Origin: Camelus ferus
Lineage: Eukaryota
Length of the DNA stretch: 64,000 bases
Assembly: GCF_009834535.1 (NCBI RefSeq)
Contig: NC_045696.1
Location: forward strand, 13,084,001-13,148,000
Direction: 5' to 3'
Shown here: piece by piece, positions 52,170 through 64,000 of the stretch
How the letters are laid out: each line of letters opens with the position of its first letter
Numbering within the stretch: the first letter of the stretch is position 1
The notes under the pieces: generated by a model
Database searches by the model: none
Told to the model about the DNA's origin: nothing
Seen by the model: only the letters and a program-made list of their open reading frames with translations
Program-made: the position numbers and the translations under genes

Positions 52170-52400
52170 GGCATAATAATATTGGCTAGAATAAGACTTG
52201 CAGAGATCATTAAAATCATCCCCTGCTTCCTTTCAGACGAATAAGAATTCATTCTGAAATTTCATCCGCTCAAGGCTTAGGACTTCACAATCTCCTTTGG
52301 TAACCAATTTTAATATCTAACACTATTTTACGTCAGGATTTTTTTGTCTCATAGAACTGAAATACCTCTTGACATTTTTCTCTTTTTCAAACCTTAAGAA
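52170..52400 (-). mobile_element. L3/CR1 fragment
   Basis: gagatcattaaaatcatcccctgc...cttcacaatctcctttggtaacca. Confidence 0.5.
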
Positions 52401-54006
52401 AAAAGGTAAATATTTTGTTATGATTCTTCATAAAATTGTGAGTTTGTAGTAAAATTATGAGTTTAAAATTATGACTCTCATAAACTCATCAAACAAAGGT
52501 TTCCTTCTTTTCAATATATGGAATAATTTATAACAGACTTAATTTAAAGAAATGCTAAAGTAGTTGTCCTAAAGCAAAAGGTTGCCTTTTATCATTTAAA
52601 AAAATCAGTTTCTTTAAGATGATCCTTTAACACTTCAAGTTTTACAGTCAGAGCCATGTTTATAAATATGTCATCATAAATATTTATAAAATATTGAGGA
52701 CAGGTGCTATCCAAAGATATGAATGTAGAATTTTGATGGAAGTCATTTTTATGGCAGTCTTGTTGAAGGGAATTTCTGTGGGTCTGGGTGGAGGAAAGAG
52801 TTTGTTAATGGCTCTGTTAAAAGGAGGAGGAGGGTGAGTCATTGGCCCAGAGAAGAGGCAAGTAAGGAGGTCACTGGAGAAAAGGGGCTAAAGGTGAAGC
52901 AAAAGACGTATTTTAAGATCATCACCATTCAGAAGGGGAAGTGTATGGGACGTGGACTTTGTACAAAAATGAAGACCATTTTGATCCTCGTGAAAAAAGA
53001 GACATATGTAGCAGTAGAAAGCAAAACTACAAGCAGGCCATGAGTGAATGACCCATCATCTCTTGGATGCAGGAAGGGAAAGACCGGCTCAAATGCACAC
53101 TCTCAAGAATCTCTGTAATGAGCTGAATTTATGGCGGAGTGCAGGGCCGAGGGCACTTATTAGTAAATAACAGGGAGAGTGTGGTAATGTCCCCATCACT
53201 GGCCAATAATCAATCAGAGGTTGGTCTCTGTGTGAAATTCTCCTGGGGGATTGTTAGGAGGAAAACACTGCCAAGGCCAGACCGTGACTCATGGGGGGCT
53301 CATTAGTTGCTTACTGGGATTGGATATCCTATTTCTGAACATCTACAAGTTCTGTTTATTAGAGGAGCAGAGAGAAGTGACTGAGAGATCCTTTGTTCCT
53401 CCTTTGTAGTCTGATTTCTAAAAGACAGCAAATATCTGAGTGGAACTTAGTTTAACTGCTAATATTTAGAAGAGCTAATGAGATGGCACATTAATCTTTC
53501 ATTGAAGATTTTGATGAGCACAGTGCATAACATAAGCAGTCTCCTACTTTACGGAAGGCATTGACAAAGATGTGTATACGGATCTATGTATAGAGACAGA
53601 ACAATAGATTTATAAATAATGAGAAGTGGGTAGGTGGTGTGGTTTATTTGTCAGGAAAGGAAATATTATAAAACTATGATTTTTCCCCCTGGACTTTTAG
53701 CTTCAATATTTGATACTATGTTTCAAGCATTTTGCATATATTATTTAATTTTTTCTTTTGCATATATTAAAGGCATTCAACTGACAACATTAAAGATGCT
53801 GTTAACTGGTTTGAATCCACTATGAAGTGGATTGAAGCTAAATATATACTACTTCCTCCATATGAAGTAGGTCTTATTTTTATTTCCTTGTTCTTTGCAT
53901 TGAGGAGACCTATGATTTTTGTCTTTAGTGTTGGACTTTGTAACACAGTGTAACAAATGCAATAAAACAGAAGTCAGGATGCTCTGATGAACTCAGTAGT
54001 TTTGAT

Positions 54007-54130
54007 CAAGATGGCGCTAGTAGTGGGACTGACCTGTTGGCGGGTAGGATCCAGCCATGTTCTCACTGATCAGTAGAAGTAGGAGAGGCCTTATATAAAA
54101 GCTTCTTTAATTGGATCAATACGCAGTGTG
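54007..54130 (+). promoter_or_regulatory. Candidate core promoter (YY1 motif, TATA box, Inr)
   Basis: CAAGATGGCG 54007-54016; TATAAAAG 54094-54101; Inr-like cgCAgt with A at 54125, placing TATA at -31. Confidence 0.25.
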
Positions 54131-54667
54131 TGAAAGTGAAGGTTAAGTGAAAGTCAATGCATAAAGGCAGGAGCTGCCAATATATGAATCCTCAACTCAA
54201 GCAAAACCAGATTCCCCATGATCCAGTGCAATGATAAAAATAAGCTCCCATGTACTTTCTGTACCTTGGGGATCTTTGAAAGTCATGAGCTAGTAGAATT
54301 TTTCTTATTATTATTATCATTATTAGTGTTATTATTTGGTGTTTTGCTACACCTTCCCTTTGTTTCCAATATTTAAACACCAGCACATATGTTATGAGAT
54401 GCAAATGATAACTTAGCACCCCTTTCCTGTAAGGTAGGAATGTCTGCATGAAAGGGCGTTTGGAATTGAAGTATCTAGTAGGTTGTCTACTGTGTCTTTC
54501 CACCAGGAGTCAAGATGAGATGGGGGGGGGTGCCAAAAAGACTGGCCAGATTCACCACCACTGGCGTCTGTACGGATCTCTCTTTCTTTAGCTTTACGCA
54601 CAGTGGAGCTTGGAGGTACTCAGTGGTGTATTTTTGTTGCATGCACATTATCACTTGTCCTTTCCAA

Positions 54668-55050
54668 TGTGGATGAGAATGCATTCCCTTGTAAGCAACT
54701 GAAAACCTCACCAATAAGGGTGTTTAGTTATCTCCCACAACCATTAATCTAGACACAGTTGTATCCAGGTGTGGGATAGCAGCTCAGAAATGTCAGTAAG
54801 GGCAGAGGATGAGGAATAGATAAAGACTAGAGGCTAAGAAAGGGTGGGGGGAGGGAGAGAAATCCTCCTGAGGCTCTCTCTTCTTTCATAAGGGGAGAAA
54901 CATTTCCCTCTTCATCTCTATGTCTAGAACATAGTGACCTGGCCACCCACTTCTGAAAACTACAAGAGAGGCTGGAAAATGGAGCATGTGAACAAAGGAA
55001 ATGAGGCATGGCTAATCTGAACAACTGCCCTGGAGTCTGAGGAAGCATCA
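54668..55050 (-). mobile_element. Old MLT1 (K/L-like) LTR
   Basis: gaatgcattc...gtaagcaactgaaaacc...ctacaagagaggctggaaaat. Confidence 0.55.
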
Positions 55051-55174
55051 TTATAGGTCTGCATGCCTGCTGTGCTGTTTGTCAGAGCAGACTGCTCTGC
55101 TCCTGCAGGTGTGGTCCAGGTCCCCCATGCTACTTCCATAGTTGCTATGTGCCAAGGGGCTTGCCACTCACCCA

Positions 55175-55571
55175 GCATCTTAGCTGGCTCAGGTTGCCAT
55201 AACAAAGTACCATAGATGGGGTGGCTTTAACATCAGAAATGCATTTTCTCACACTTCTGGAGACTGGAAGTCTGAGATCAGGGTGCCAGCGTGGTTAGGT
55301 TCTGGCGAAGATCCTCTTTCTTGTTTGCAGATGATTGTCTTTTGCTGTCTCCTCATGTGGCCTCTGTCCAGTGCCTGTTCATGGAAAGAGACAGTGATCA
55401 AGCTCTCTGATCTCTCTTCTTAGAAGGGCTCTAATCCCATCATAAGGACCCCACCCTCGTGATCTCACCTAAAGTTAATTACCTCCCAAAGCCTCCATCT
55501 CCAAATAACATCATTTAGGGATTTGGACCGCAACGTAAAAATATTGAGGGGATGCAATTCAGAACAAAGCA
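55175..55571 (-). mobile_element. MLT1A0-like solo LTR
   Basis: gccataacaaagtaccatagat...ctggaagtctgagatcagggtgccagc...aattacctcccaaag. Confidence 0.88.
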
Positions 55572-55699
55572 CTCAGTCTGAGCAAACACAGGTGAGAGTT
55601 CCCAGGGCCGAGTTTCTCAAGAATCCACAGAAACACCCAGGAGAGGAGCTACCCTCTAAGTTAGAACTTTCTTGCCTTCTCCTCTCTCTTGGAGACTCA

Positions 55700-55945
55700 G
55701 TATTGGAGAGGATAAAAGCTAAAGCTAGAAGAATGGTAAAATAATTCGAAATGCTAAGCTAGGAAGGAAAACACATCCTCTCTTTCTCCAACATCCAGCT
55801 TTCTGCTAGATTCTGGCCTAAGCTGGGGTTGACTTAACTTTAATGCTAGATTGAAATTCTGACCAACACGTGGGACCAACTGTTTTAATCACTAAATTGC
55901 AACAATTGTTCATGTAACCAGAAAAGTCTTGGGCTGCCTGAATTT
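55700..55945. mobile_element. Ancient LTR-like repeat (LTR78/MamRep-type), uncertain
   Basis: taactttaatgctagattgaaattctgacc...cgtgggacc recalls these consensus sequences. Confidence 0.3.
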
Positions 55946-56222
55946 TCATCCTGGAGCAGGGGGAAAGAAAACAGCCTCACTGAGTAAATTCTAAGAGACA
56001 GTGGGGTGGGGGTGGGGCAAAAATAGAGTTACATTTTACGTGGCATGCTTGTTCAACTTAGCTATAAGCTCTGTTTTGCCTCCCAACCCATTCTTCATAG
56101 GAAAAATAATTTTTCATAACTGGTGGTTTGATAGATGTAGTGGTGAAAAATGCCAGAACATGATCTCTAGATCTGAGAATTTTCACAGATAGTTTTCTCT
56201 GGGGGAATCAACATTTCAGGTG

Positions 56223-56255
56223 CTGTAATACTCAGAGTGGCCGCCTGGTGGCAGA
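56223..56255 (+). promoter_or_regulatory. Candidate CTCF site, core plus upstream motif
   Basis: CTGTAATACT-N5-TGGCCGCCTGGTGGCAGA fits the CTCF upstream motif, spacing and core; one core mismatch (T for A). Confidence 0.55.
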
Positions 56256-56948
56256 AGTTCACAAAAGCTGCTCGCTGTCCCTGGAAACCCCGTGTTCCTG
56301 TGGGAATAGTTTTTTTTTTCTTTTGCTTCTGCACCCCCAGAGCAGTGGCTATTCCAACTTTTGGCGGAAGCTGTTTTCCCTGGCAATGTTTGTTTTCTGG
56401 CTAAGCCTTCTTTGGCTCCGCAGGGCCAAACTTTGTGATGCTTTCTGAGTACCACATATTCCGGTTCTGTTCATGTTAATGCAGTTTGGAGGAAATTTAG
56501 CGGTTTGAAATCTCTTGGTTTGGAGGATTTTCTTTTGTCCTCTCATTTAATTCAAACGCTGATCGACACATTGAGAATGAAAAGCTACTCTTACTTTCCC
56601 CTGGAAAATTTTTCTCAAATAATGCAGTCTCCCTAAAAAATCCTTACTGCATGTCAGAGAGAGGAGACTTTTCCTGCTACCCTTGAGATTTCAGTTCTCA
56701 TGCTTACATATGTCATTAGCAGGGTGAGTTTTCCTTAGATTTGTACCAGATGGTGGTGGTGTTTTTTGGAAGAGGCGTAGACATTTTCCTCATTAAAATC
56801 TACCAAAAATGAATCTTCTCTAACTGGCTCATTTCTTTAATAACAAGATTTTAGTTTCAAGGACCCAGTATCCAAGTGAGACTTTAGTACCCAGAAAAAA
56901 AATTGATTTTACAAACCAAGTACCTTTCTATGATTCTTTGGAAGTGGT

Positions 56949-57097
56949 GGTGGGGGGTATAGCTCAGTGGTGGAGAGCATTATTAGCATGCAGGAAGGAG
57001 GTCATCGGTTTGATCCCCAGTACCTCCATGAAATTAATAACAATAATAAATAAACCTAATTACTTCCTCTTACAAAACAAAACAAAACAAAACAAAT
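56949..57097 (+). mobile_element. tRNA-Ala-derived camelid-type SINE, more diverged copy
   Basis: GGGGGTATAGCTCAGTGG...GGTTTGATCCCCAGTACCTCC, AT-rich body with taaacctaattac, (CAAAA)n tail; homologous to 42262-42431. Confidence 0.88.
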
Positions 57098-57279
57098 TTA
57101 GAAATGAAAGTCCACTATTGTCTGGATAGAGGTGGTGGTGTGGGGAGACAGGAAACCATGTCAGGAAGGGTTTGAGCAAGCTGGTTTCTAAAGCTCGACA
57201 CAATATTTGTGGCTACACTTGCCCCGTGTCCTCAGGCACAACAAGAATTAGATTTGCTGTGACTTTGAGGTGAAGCCAT

Positions 57280-58060
57280 TCATGCAGGCAGGAAACACTG
57301 CCTACGTTGCAGGTACAGAGTTGAGTGACATAATGAGCTGGGCCAGATGTGGTCCCTGAGCTCACAGTGCCTACAGTTAGTGGATAGGACAAGCCTGGCT
57401 GCAAACAAAACACTCAGAGGATAATCACAGACTGGGGGCAGTGCTCTGAAGGAAAAGAAAGTGTTGCAGACGGGGAACAAACAGCTAACAACAGAACCTG
57501 AGCCAGGCTGGAAGGTCAGGCAAAGCATCTCCAAGAGGTTAAACTTGAGTGACATCTGAAAGCTAGTTGGCCTTGACTGGGGAAGGGGCAGCGGGGTGAA
57601 AAGGAAGGGGCACATGCAGGTACCAGAGGTGGGGAAGTGCATGAAGTGTCTGGGCAATGGGAGGGAGTTTCTGGAGGTTGGAGCACAGAGTGGGAGGGCG
57701 AGTGGTGAAATGGGCTGACCCTGAGACCCACAGCAGGGGTGGGGGAGCTGTTGGGGACAGTGGTGGACACGATGCGTGTACACATGAAAACAGCCCTCTG
57801 GCTGCAGCAATGCACCAGAGGAGAGAGGGCCAGCAGGCACGAGCCAGGTGGGCTCTAAACGGGGCTGCATGTAGAGGTGAACCGAACGGGGAGGGGATAT
57901 TCAGGAGCAGAGATGTCACAGGTCATTCTGACTTGAGTACTGAATGTTTGCTGGCCTCTTCAGTGAGTGAGGGAACAGAGGTCGAAAACAGATCCCAATG
58001 TAAACCGTGACTCTGATGCCTAAACTGAGAAATAGAGAAAGACTGGGACCCTGCCAGAAG
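57280..58060 (-). mobile_element. L2 fragment
   Basis: gtggtccctgagctcacagtgcctacagttagtgg...gaaggtcaggcaaagcatctccaagagg. Confidence 0.65.
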
Positions 58061-58479
58061 TATGTGATGGAAAGAGAGAGAAAGGCAAAGGAGTTTAAGG
58101 TACTAGTAAATCATACAATTAAGCTCTTCCAGAAGAGATGCCTTACACACCATGGTTACTTACCTTTCTTGCCCCATTTTCTTTTTCTCATCCCCTCCCT
58201 CCTTCCCTTGTAGAAATTTATCTAAACTTGCTCCAGTTTAATTACAGAAAGTCTCAAATTTTCCTGCCTTTTGAGTCTTTATGATTTTCTACAGAATTTT
58301 TGGAAAGGGTATTTATATATTTTGGTATAATTTAGTAATTTTTCTGAGAGACAAACTGCTTGGTGTTTGTCTTACCTGGTAATCACACTGGTAATTTGCC
58401 ACAGTTTACAACTATTTTTATTTGAACGCATCTTCTGCCCTATGTTTCTGTATTTTACTGCATTTTTTAACTATAAATA

Positions 58480-58672
58480 ATTTATAGTGTGATTTTGGGC
58501 AAATTACTTAAACTCTTTGTTTCAGTTTTTTAATTTGAAAAATAGGTTAATAATCTGATGATATAATAATCACCCCTTTCTAATGGGTTGTTTGGAGGAT
58601 TCAGTTGGTTAAAAACTTGTAAAGTGCAGTATAAACATGCAATAAATGTTAGCTACAATTATTAGCTGTTAT
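58480..58672 (+). mobile_element. MIR SINE
   Basis: gtgtgattttgggcaaattactta...tcagttt...caataaatgttagcta. Confidence 0.75.
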
Positions 58673-58959
58673 TATAGAAAAGGGAAGTCTAAAAGACTGT
58701 GGGGCCCGGAGAGCTAGAACTTAAGCAATGGAAATTAGAAGCCCACTTAAGGTACCCCGGAGGTGAAAGCCAGTGTTTTCTGGAGATGCACTTTTCATCA
58801 CACAAAAGAAATTTTTCTGTAGTGAGTGGAGAAGAAGGAATGGATGTTCCTGTATACTTGTATGGCAAGGCGGAAGAATAAATGTGTTTATACCCCTTTG
58901 TGTCTCTTTGGATGGGCCTTTTCTTGGTGACAGGAGGAATGTTAATACAGATTAATAAT

Positions 58960-59200
58960 AACAGTACTAAGAACCAACATTGAGTCCTTCCATTGTGCTT
59001 ACAAGTGGAAGTAGGCACTCACTAGTCCTTCACCTGCTCTGTCTCGTTGAACCCAGCAAGAGCCCTAACAGGTCAGGTCTATTCTCGTCTCCATCTCAGC
59101 AATGAGAAACCTGAGAGTCTATTCCATACCCAAGGTAGAAAAGCGGCTCAAAAGTGGCAAGGCTGGATTTGAATCCAGACGTTCTAGCTTCATAGCCAGA
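58960..59200 (-). mobile_element. MIR SINE
   Basis: aacattgag...aatgagaaacctgag...ggctggatttgaatccagac. Confidence 0.6.
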
Positions 59201-59569
59201 CTTACATGAAACAACCTCCATTTCCCCAGTTACACTTCTGCTCCTAAAATTTTCCCAATGTCCAAAATCTTGCATTTTCTTTAAAAAGAAGACAATCATG
59301 CAGCCTTTTCTTTCTTTGCTTTGCAAGAGGAGAGTTTAACCAGAGAAGTTACATGTTGGTTGAAACAATCTTTTAGGACATGTCTAATCCTGAGTTTCCA
59401 TAATCCTATGAATAAAAGAATGCATGAATTCAACGACGTTGGTAACAATTGAGGTGATAAACATGGCTGCGCAGTCAAATCACTGTTTGATAACTGATCA
59501 CAAGGAGTGGGAAAGGTATCTAAACGAAGGAAGACAGAACAACCAGATTCCCTTTCCATTTACTGACAT

Positions 59570-59700
59570 TTATTTTTTCATTCAATATGAATATATTAAG
59601 TACCGCCAATGTCCCAGGCACTGTACTGTGTTATAATGTCAGAATCCTTATCTTTAAGATGCTTGCAGCTTCATGGAGGAGAGATGCAAGAAAAAAGGTA
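59570..59700 (-). mobile_element. L2 3' tail
   Basis: ttcattcaa...atattaagtacc...ccaggcactgtact. Confidence 0.6.
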
Positions 59701-60009
59701 TTTTAAGTACTCTGATAACAGAAGATTCTATAGGGAGATATAAATGTGCTGTGGGGACAGAGAGACTCTATGCCCAGTGAAGCCTGTTTGGGATAAAAAT
59801 GGAGGGCGACAGTGGTGAGGAGTGGGGGAAAGTATCGGTGGATTTGGAAGGTGGGGAGCAAACAAACCGTAGGCAATAAAAGCAGAGGAGCCAGTTTCTG
59901 GCTGAGGAGAATCAAGATGAAGACAATTTTAGGAGGAAAGGAAGAGAGGAGATGGATGGAGTCCTTAGTACATTGGATCAGCGTTTGATGCTGGAATTGC
60001 CCCTCTTTC

Positions 60010-60495
60010 TGTAAAGGGAAGAACAAACCTGACTCTGTTGAATCTGTTTCTTTTACTTCAACCTTTGTCTTCTATTGCTTCTGCTACAAGTTAATCACTA
60101 AAGGAATGTTGCCTGTAAGTTGAATTATACATAATGGCCCATCTTTGGGAACTCTACCTCCCAGGTAATGAGCATTAAGCTAAAATACTTTTGTTTAGCT
60201 CATAGAAAGCATTCTGACCAGGCCTACCTGTGAATGACTGCAGGAAGGAAGAAATTAACACATCCCCTGCAGAAGCTGACTGGCACCAGGAAATGTTTGA
60301 CTTTACACCCTCCTTTTTTAGTATTAAAGAAGCCTGAATCCTAACTCAGGCAAGATGGTTGTTTGGGACACTAGTCCACCACCTTCTTGGTCTGCTGGCT
60401 ATCTGAATAAAGTATCTATTCCTTGCCCCAACAACTCATCCCTTGATTTATTAGCCAGTTGTGTGCTGAACAGTATGAACTTGGACTCAGTAACA
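60010..60495 (+). mobile_element. ERV1-type solo LTR, 486 bp
   Basis: TGTAAA...TAACA ends, AATAAA near 60406, 4-bp near-TSD tttc/tctc. Confidence 0.8.
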
Positions 60496-62999
60496 TCTCT
60501 CGGGTCTCTTAAGACACAATGGATGTGGAATCATGGCAAAACTCTGTAACCAAACCTAACACATAAAACCAGGGAAGAATTACAGACAAGAATGATCAGG
60601 GGATAGAGACAAAGGACAGAAGTTTGAGTGTCTCTCACTACAGATACACAATGTTGACCACTTCTGACACCACTTTGATTCTGCAGAGACAGCAACTGCT
60701 GCCCCTTTTATTTGTCCCTTTTGGAGCTGCAGTGCTTGATGGGGAAGTGTTAGCAGGAGGTGTCCATAAATGGGCAGTTGCAGTGGAGGTTGTTAGGAGT
60801 GTAGCAGCCTCAGATTAGTCAACAGGAAGGAATGTATATCCATCTTCGGCTCAAACAGGGGAACAGAAATGTTGCCAAAGATGAGCATTTTCTTTTTCAT
60901 TGAATTTTTCTCCATTTACTCTATTCTTCTGACTCTATAATTCTGTGCTGTGTCTGCAGTAAAAGTTAGAGCTTTCTCTTTCATTTGTCAACATTTCTAA
61001 AAACGGGAATATTGATGAGCAATATTTCAGGTTTTCCAGCCCTGCCCTGGTTTCTGATGAATCTTCAGAGTCAGTTCCTTTGAGCTGTATGAAAGACACT
61101 TGGCTGATAATGAGACAAATGTCCTAATTAACTAAGCCTTAAGAACTAATTATCTCAGCCCACAGAGTGGGCTACCTTTGCCCTTATTCAAAAAAACTGG
61201 CAGATGGTGGGTTCTGGGAAGTTTGAGGCTGATTTTCTTTGGTGTTTCAAGCAGAATGTTTATTGAAAGTAAAGGGTTAGCTTTACTATGTCTATCCCTG
61301 CACTTAACCAGCTGGTTGTCTTCACGGGTCACTCAGAGCGGTGACAGCCCAAGGCAGGAGAAGCGCTGGTTTGAGGGGGCAGGCACGTTCTTAGAGTTAC
61401 CTGGTCTGCAGAGATTCACTTGACCACCGGATGTTGCTGATGTTCACAGTTCTGCCCTTCGCCCTCAGAGGAAATTCATGTTTTTCTCACATTGATTGCT
61501 GCTCACTGGCCTTCTCTGTGGTCTTGCCACCTCCCAGGGCTCCCTGTTCACTTCCTTCTCTCTCCATGGGCCCTGGATGTATTTATTGTTGGATGCTGTT
61601 GTTTTGTGAGCCTCAGAGAAAGATTTTGTACAGAAAGCAAGGCCTGGTACTCTGGGTAGGATAGCATTTCTCTAACCTCGTTAATATTCCAGCAGCATTT
61701 TTAAAGAAAAAAAAAAGCAAACACATCTACTGTCAGTCCTTCTATTGTGTCTGATGTCTCCTTAATATCCCATAAATAAGTTCATAAACAGATGAAACAA
61801 ACCAGCTTGTTTATCAGTTTGTAGGTTGTAAAATAAATGAAACCAAGTGGCTTTAATAATCTTCTGGAAGAAATTGATTTTCTTTCCCCTTGGCAAGTGG
61901 CTCTTTGTACAGTGGCCTTCATATGGAATAGCCACTTGGTATGTCATTGGCTGCAAGGGCCAGAGTTATTGTCTCTTTCTCGCATTGACAAATAAGAAAG
62001 GAAAAGTAAGAGAAGCTTCAAAGCTAGCATAATGAGGGTGACCCAGTTGGGAGAAGTGCTAAAGAATCCCCAGTGTAAAACCTTTTTAATTCTCATCAAC
62101 GATAAGACGAATCATTTGGAGTCCTGAGTACTTCCAATTAGCGAGTGAGAGACTCTGATTAAAAAATCAGGCCCGCTGCATGGCAGAGTGTATTTTGGCT
62201 TTTTATTTTGATAAGTGGTTTTAAGTATTTATTATAATAATCCACAGCCTATGGACTAATGGGCTATAGTATGTCTTTTAACTGCAATAAAATCTTGAGA
62301 AAATGAGGCCTCATCGTAGGCACTTGCAGTAAAATCTTGGTTGGGAAGTAAAAGGAGGCCACTTTTTTTTTTTATCACAATGATCATGTTTTCTGATTAA
62401 TGAAGTGAAAAATAGATCATTTGACTATATGGAAGTTACAATACCCACTATGTAAGTCTACGAACAAAAGGCATTCATTGCTGCTAATGGCCTTGGTGTC
62501 TGTCCTGAAGCATCGTATGTAATTGCTTTCTTCAGTTGCCTTATTCAATTATTTGGATTTCTCTTTCATTATGGAAGAACAACTCCCCAAATTTTATGGC
62601 CAGGTCCTCTAACATCAGAACCGGAGTTTGATTTCCGAGGCTGCTGCTTCTGCTGTCTTGCTTTGTAGCGTCAGAATCTTATCCGCTATGTGCTCCCCTT
62701 TCAGTCTGTTCTTCGCAGGTGTTGAGGCTGGTGGGACCACAGGCTGGCATGCTTGTGGATTTGCACCCATCCCTCTCACCTCAGCCAGTTTTATTTAACC
62801 TGTTGCCCTGGCCCTGACTCCAGACAGCTTGTGGATGAAAGGACTTGCATGACAGGTGGTGGAGAACTTAGCAGATGGTAACAATCTGCTAATGACCTTC
62901 TTAATTTGTAGACCCAAGCAGAACGAACATGAAGGCAAGTCACACCTGCCTTGATGTGCTTCACCAGTCTGTACAAGAGCCTTTGTCATTGATGTGATT

Positions 63000-63564
63000 G
63001 GTACCAGATACCTGAATTGGGAACCCTGCCCAAGTGTGGGTCCTTGACGCCAGCTGTGCAAGAATTTGCAGCAGAAGCAGAGGGGCAAAATGAATGGCTG
63101 TTCTATTACTCAGAAGAGGAAAAGGAAGGAAAATGCTCCAGTGGGGGAAAAAGCTCTGGAGTGGGGAGCCATGAGTCAAGATGGGCTGGTTGACACAGCT
63201 GTGGCCCAGATCAGGCTTTGTGGACTTTTATAGGAGGCTTCTGCCATCATGTCCTCATTCCAGGTGTGCTGGAGCCAATCACCTTTCTTTTCTGTCCTTG
63301 TATGGACTTTTCTGGTTGTTGTGGCAATTGTCAACTGTCATGGTGCTGGTGGGTGTGTCGTTTGTATGCTAATACATTACAATGAACTTATAAAGAGGCT
63401 CAAGGTCCACTAGAAGTGAGATCCGCCACCATCTTAGGCTCCATTGGTTCTAACCAGTTTTGTTTTTCTCTTTGCAGCTGCCTCCTGAGACTTAGATAAG
63501 AGTAACTGGTTTTTATTCAAGGGAGGAGCAGGTGTATGAACCTGGAGCAACAGCCTTTGTAACA
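63000..63564 (-). mobile_element. ERV1-type LTR
   Basis: Ends ...tttgtaaca; atgctaat, ccaccatctt and ttctaaccagtttt motifs typical of MER4/MER31-group LTRs. Confidence 0.6.
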
Positions 63565-63953
63565 AAAGGGTAAGTTGCTTTTAATCAGAATGATGACAAT
63601 CTGGTGAGCCCAGTGTCCCCCTAAAAAACTGTCTCAAAAGATTTTGCTCAGCCATAAACAAGAAGCAGGGGTTCGGGGGCCTTAGTTCCTACAGAAGAGC
63701 TTAAAGATATTGCTATGTGTATTTCTTGAGGAGGAACCAAGACCCTATCCCAAGGTTACACTGTTGTTTCTTGACTGTTCCTCCTTTGTTTCTGCATTTT
63801 CTCCCTTCCCTGATTAGCAACAGTTTGAATCTGCCCTTTGGAACTCAGGGAAGGTCAAGGAAGCCAAATGAAGCCTATTTCCTACAAACAAGAAATAGAG
63901 AACATGGAAAGATTCATACAAAGGAGGACCCCACAGGGTCTTGCTCAATATCA
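63565..63953 (-). mobile_element. Artiodactyl ERV1 LTR (MER41-like), 3'-truncated
   Basis: ctttggaactcagggaaggtc...cctacaaacaagaaat...ccccacagggtcttgctcaatatCA. Confidence 0.7.
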
Positions 63954-64000
63954 TTAGTTCCTTGTTCAGTACAATAGGGAAGTTAAAATATCTCTATTTC

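Noticed and set aside
52431..52490. Three taaaatt[g/a]tgag-like units with a short inverted copy
   Set aside because: Short AT-rich slippage repeat with no spacers; not CRISPR-like
56002..56017. G-quadruplex
   Set aside because: Only three G-tracts
57280..58010. Cluster of overlapping ORFs of 99-196 aa
   Set aside because: They lie in a GC-richer decayed L2 where stops are scarce; the peptides are P/S/C-rich and unrecognisable

Overview
AT-rich mammalian intergenic or deep-intronic DNA, most likely from a camelid (camel, alpaca, llama or vicuna). That assignment rests on two tRNA-Ala-derived SINEs and artiodactyl-type L1 3' ends and LTRs. I find no credible protein-coding gene, tRNA, rRNA or CRISPR feature; the supplied ORFs are chance frames or decayed transposon sequence, and only the Tigger1 and Kanga transposase remnants are recognisable. 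A large part of the window is a layered transposon record: L3/CR1, MIR, L2, old and young L1, MaLR/ERV solo LTRs, and hAT and Tc1/mariner elements. I see no support for a new biological system. The best leads are modest: a long hairpin inside an exon-like non-coding block (23.1-23.4 kb), a ~100-bp local duplication whose second copy carries a perfect NRF2/MAF-type element (12.8 and 22.8 kb), a CTCF site with its upstream motif (56.2 kb), a spaced TATA-Inr pair with a nearby YY1 motif (54.0-54.1 kb), a perfect 18-bp hairpin in a solo LTR, and an internally deleted L1 with both ends and TSDs. Repeat family names come from recalled consensus sequences, not a search, and boundaries are approximate unless termini or TSDs are quoted.
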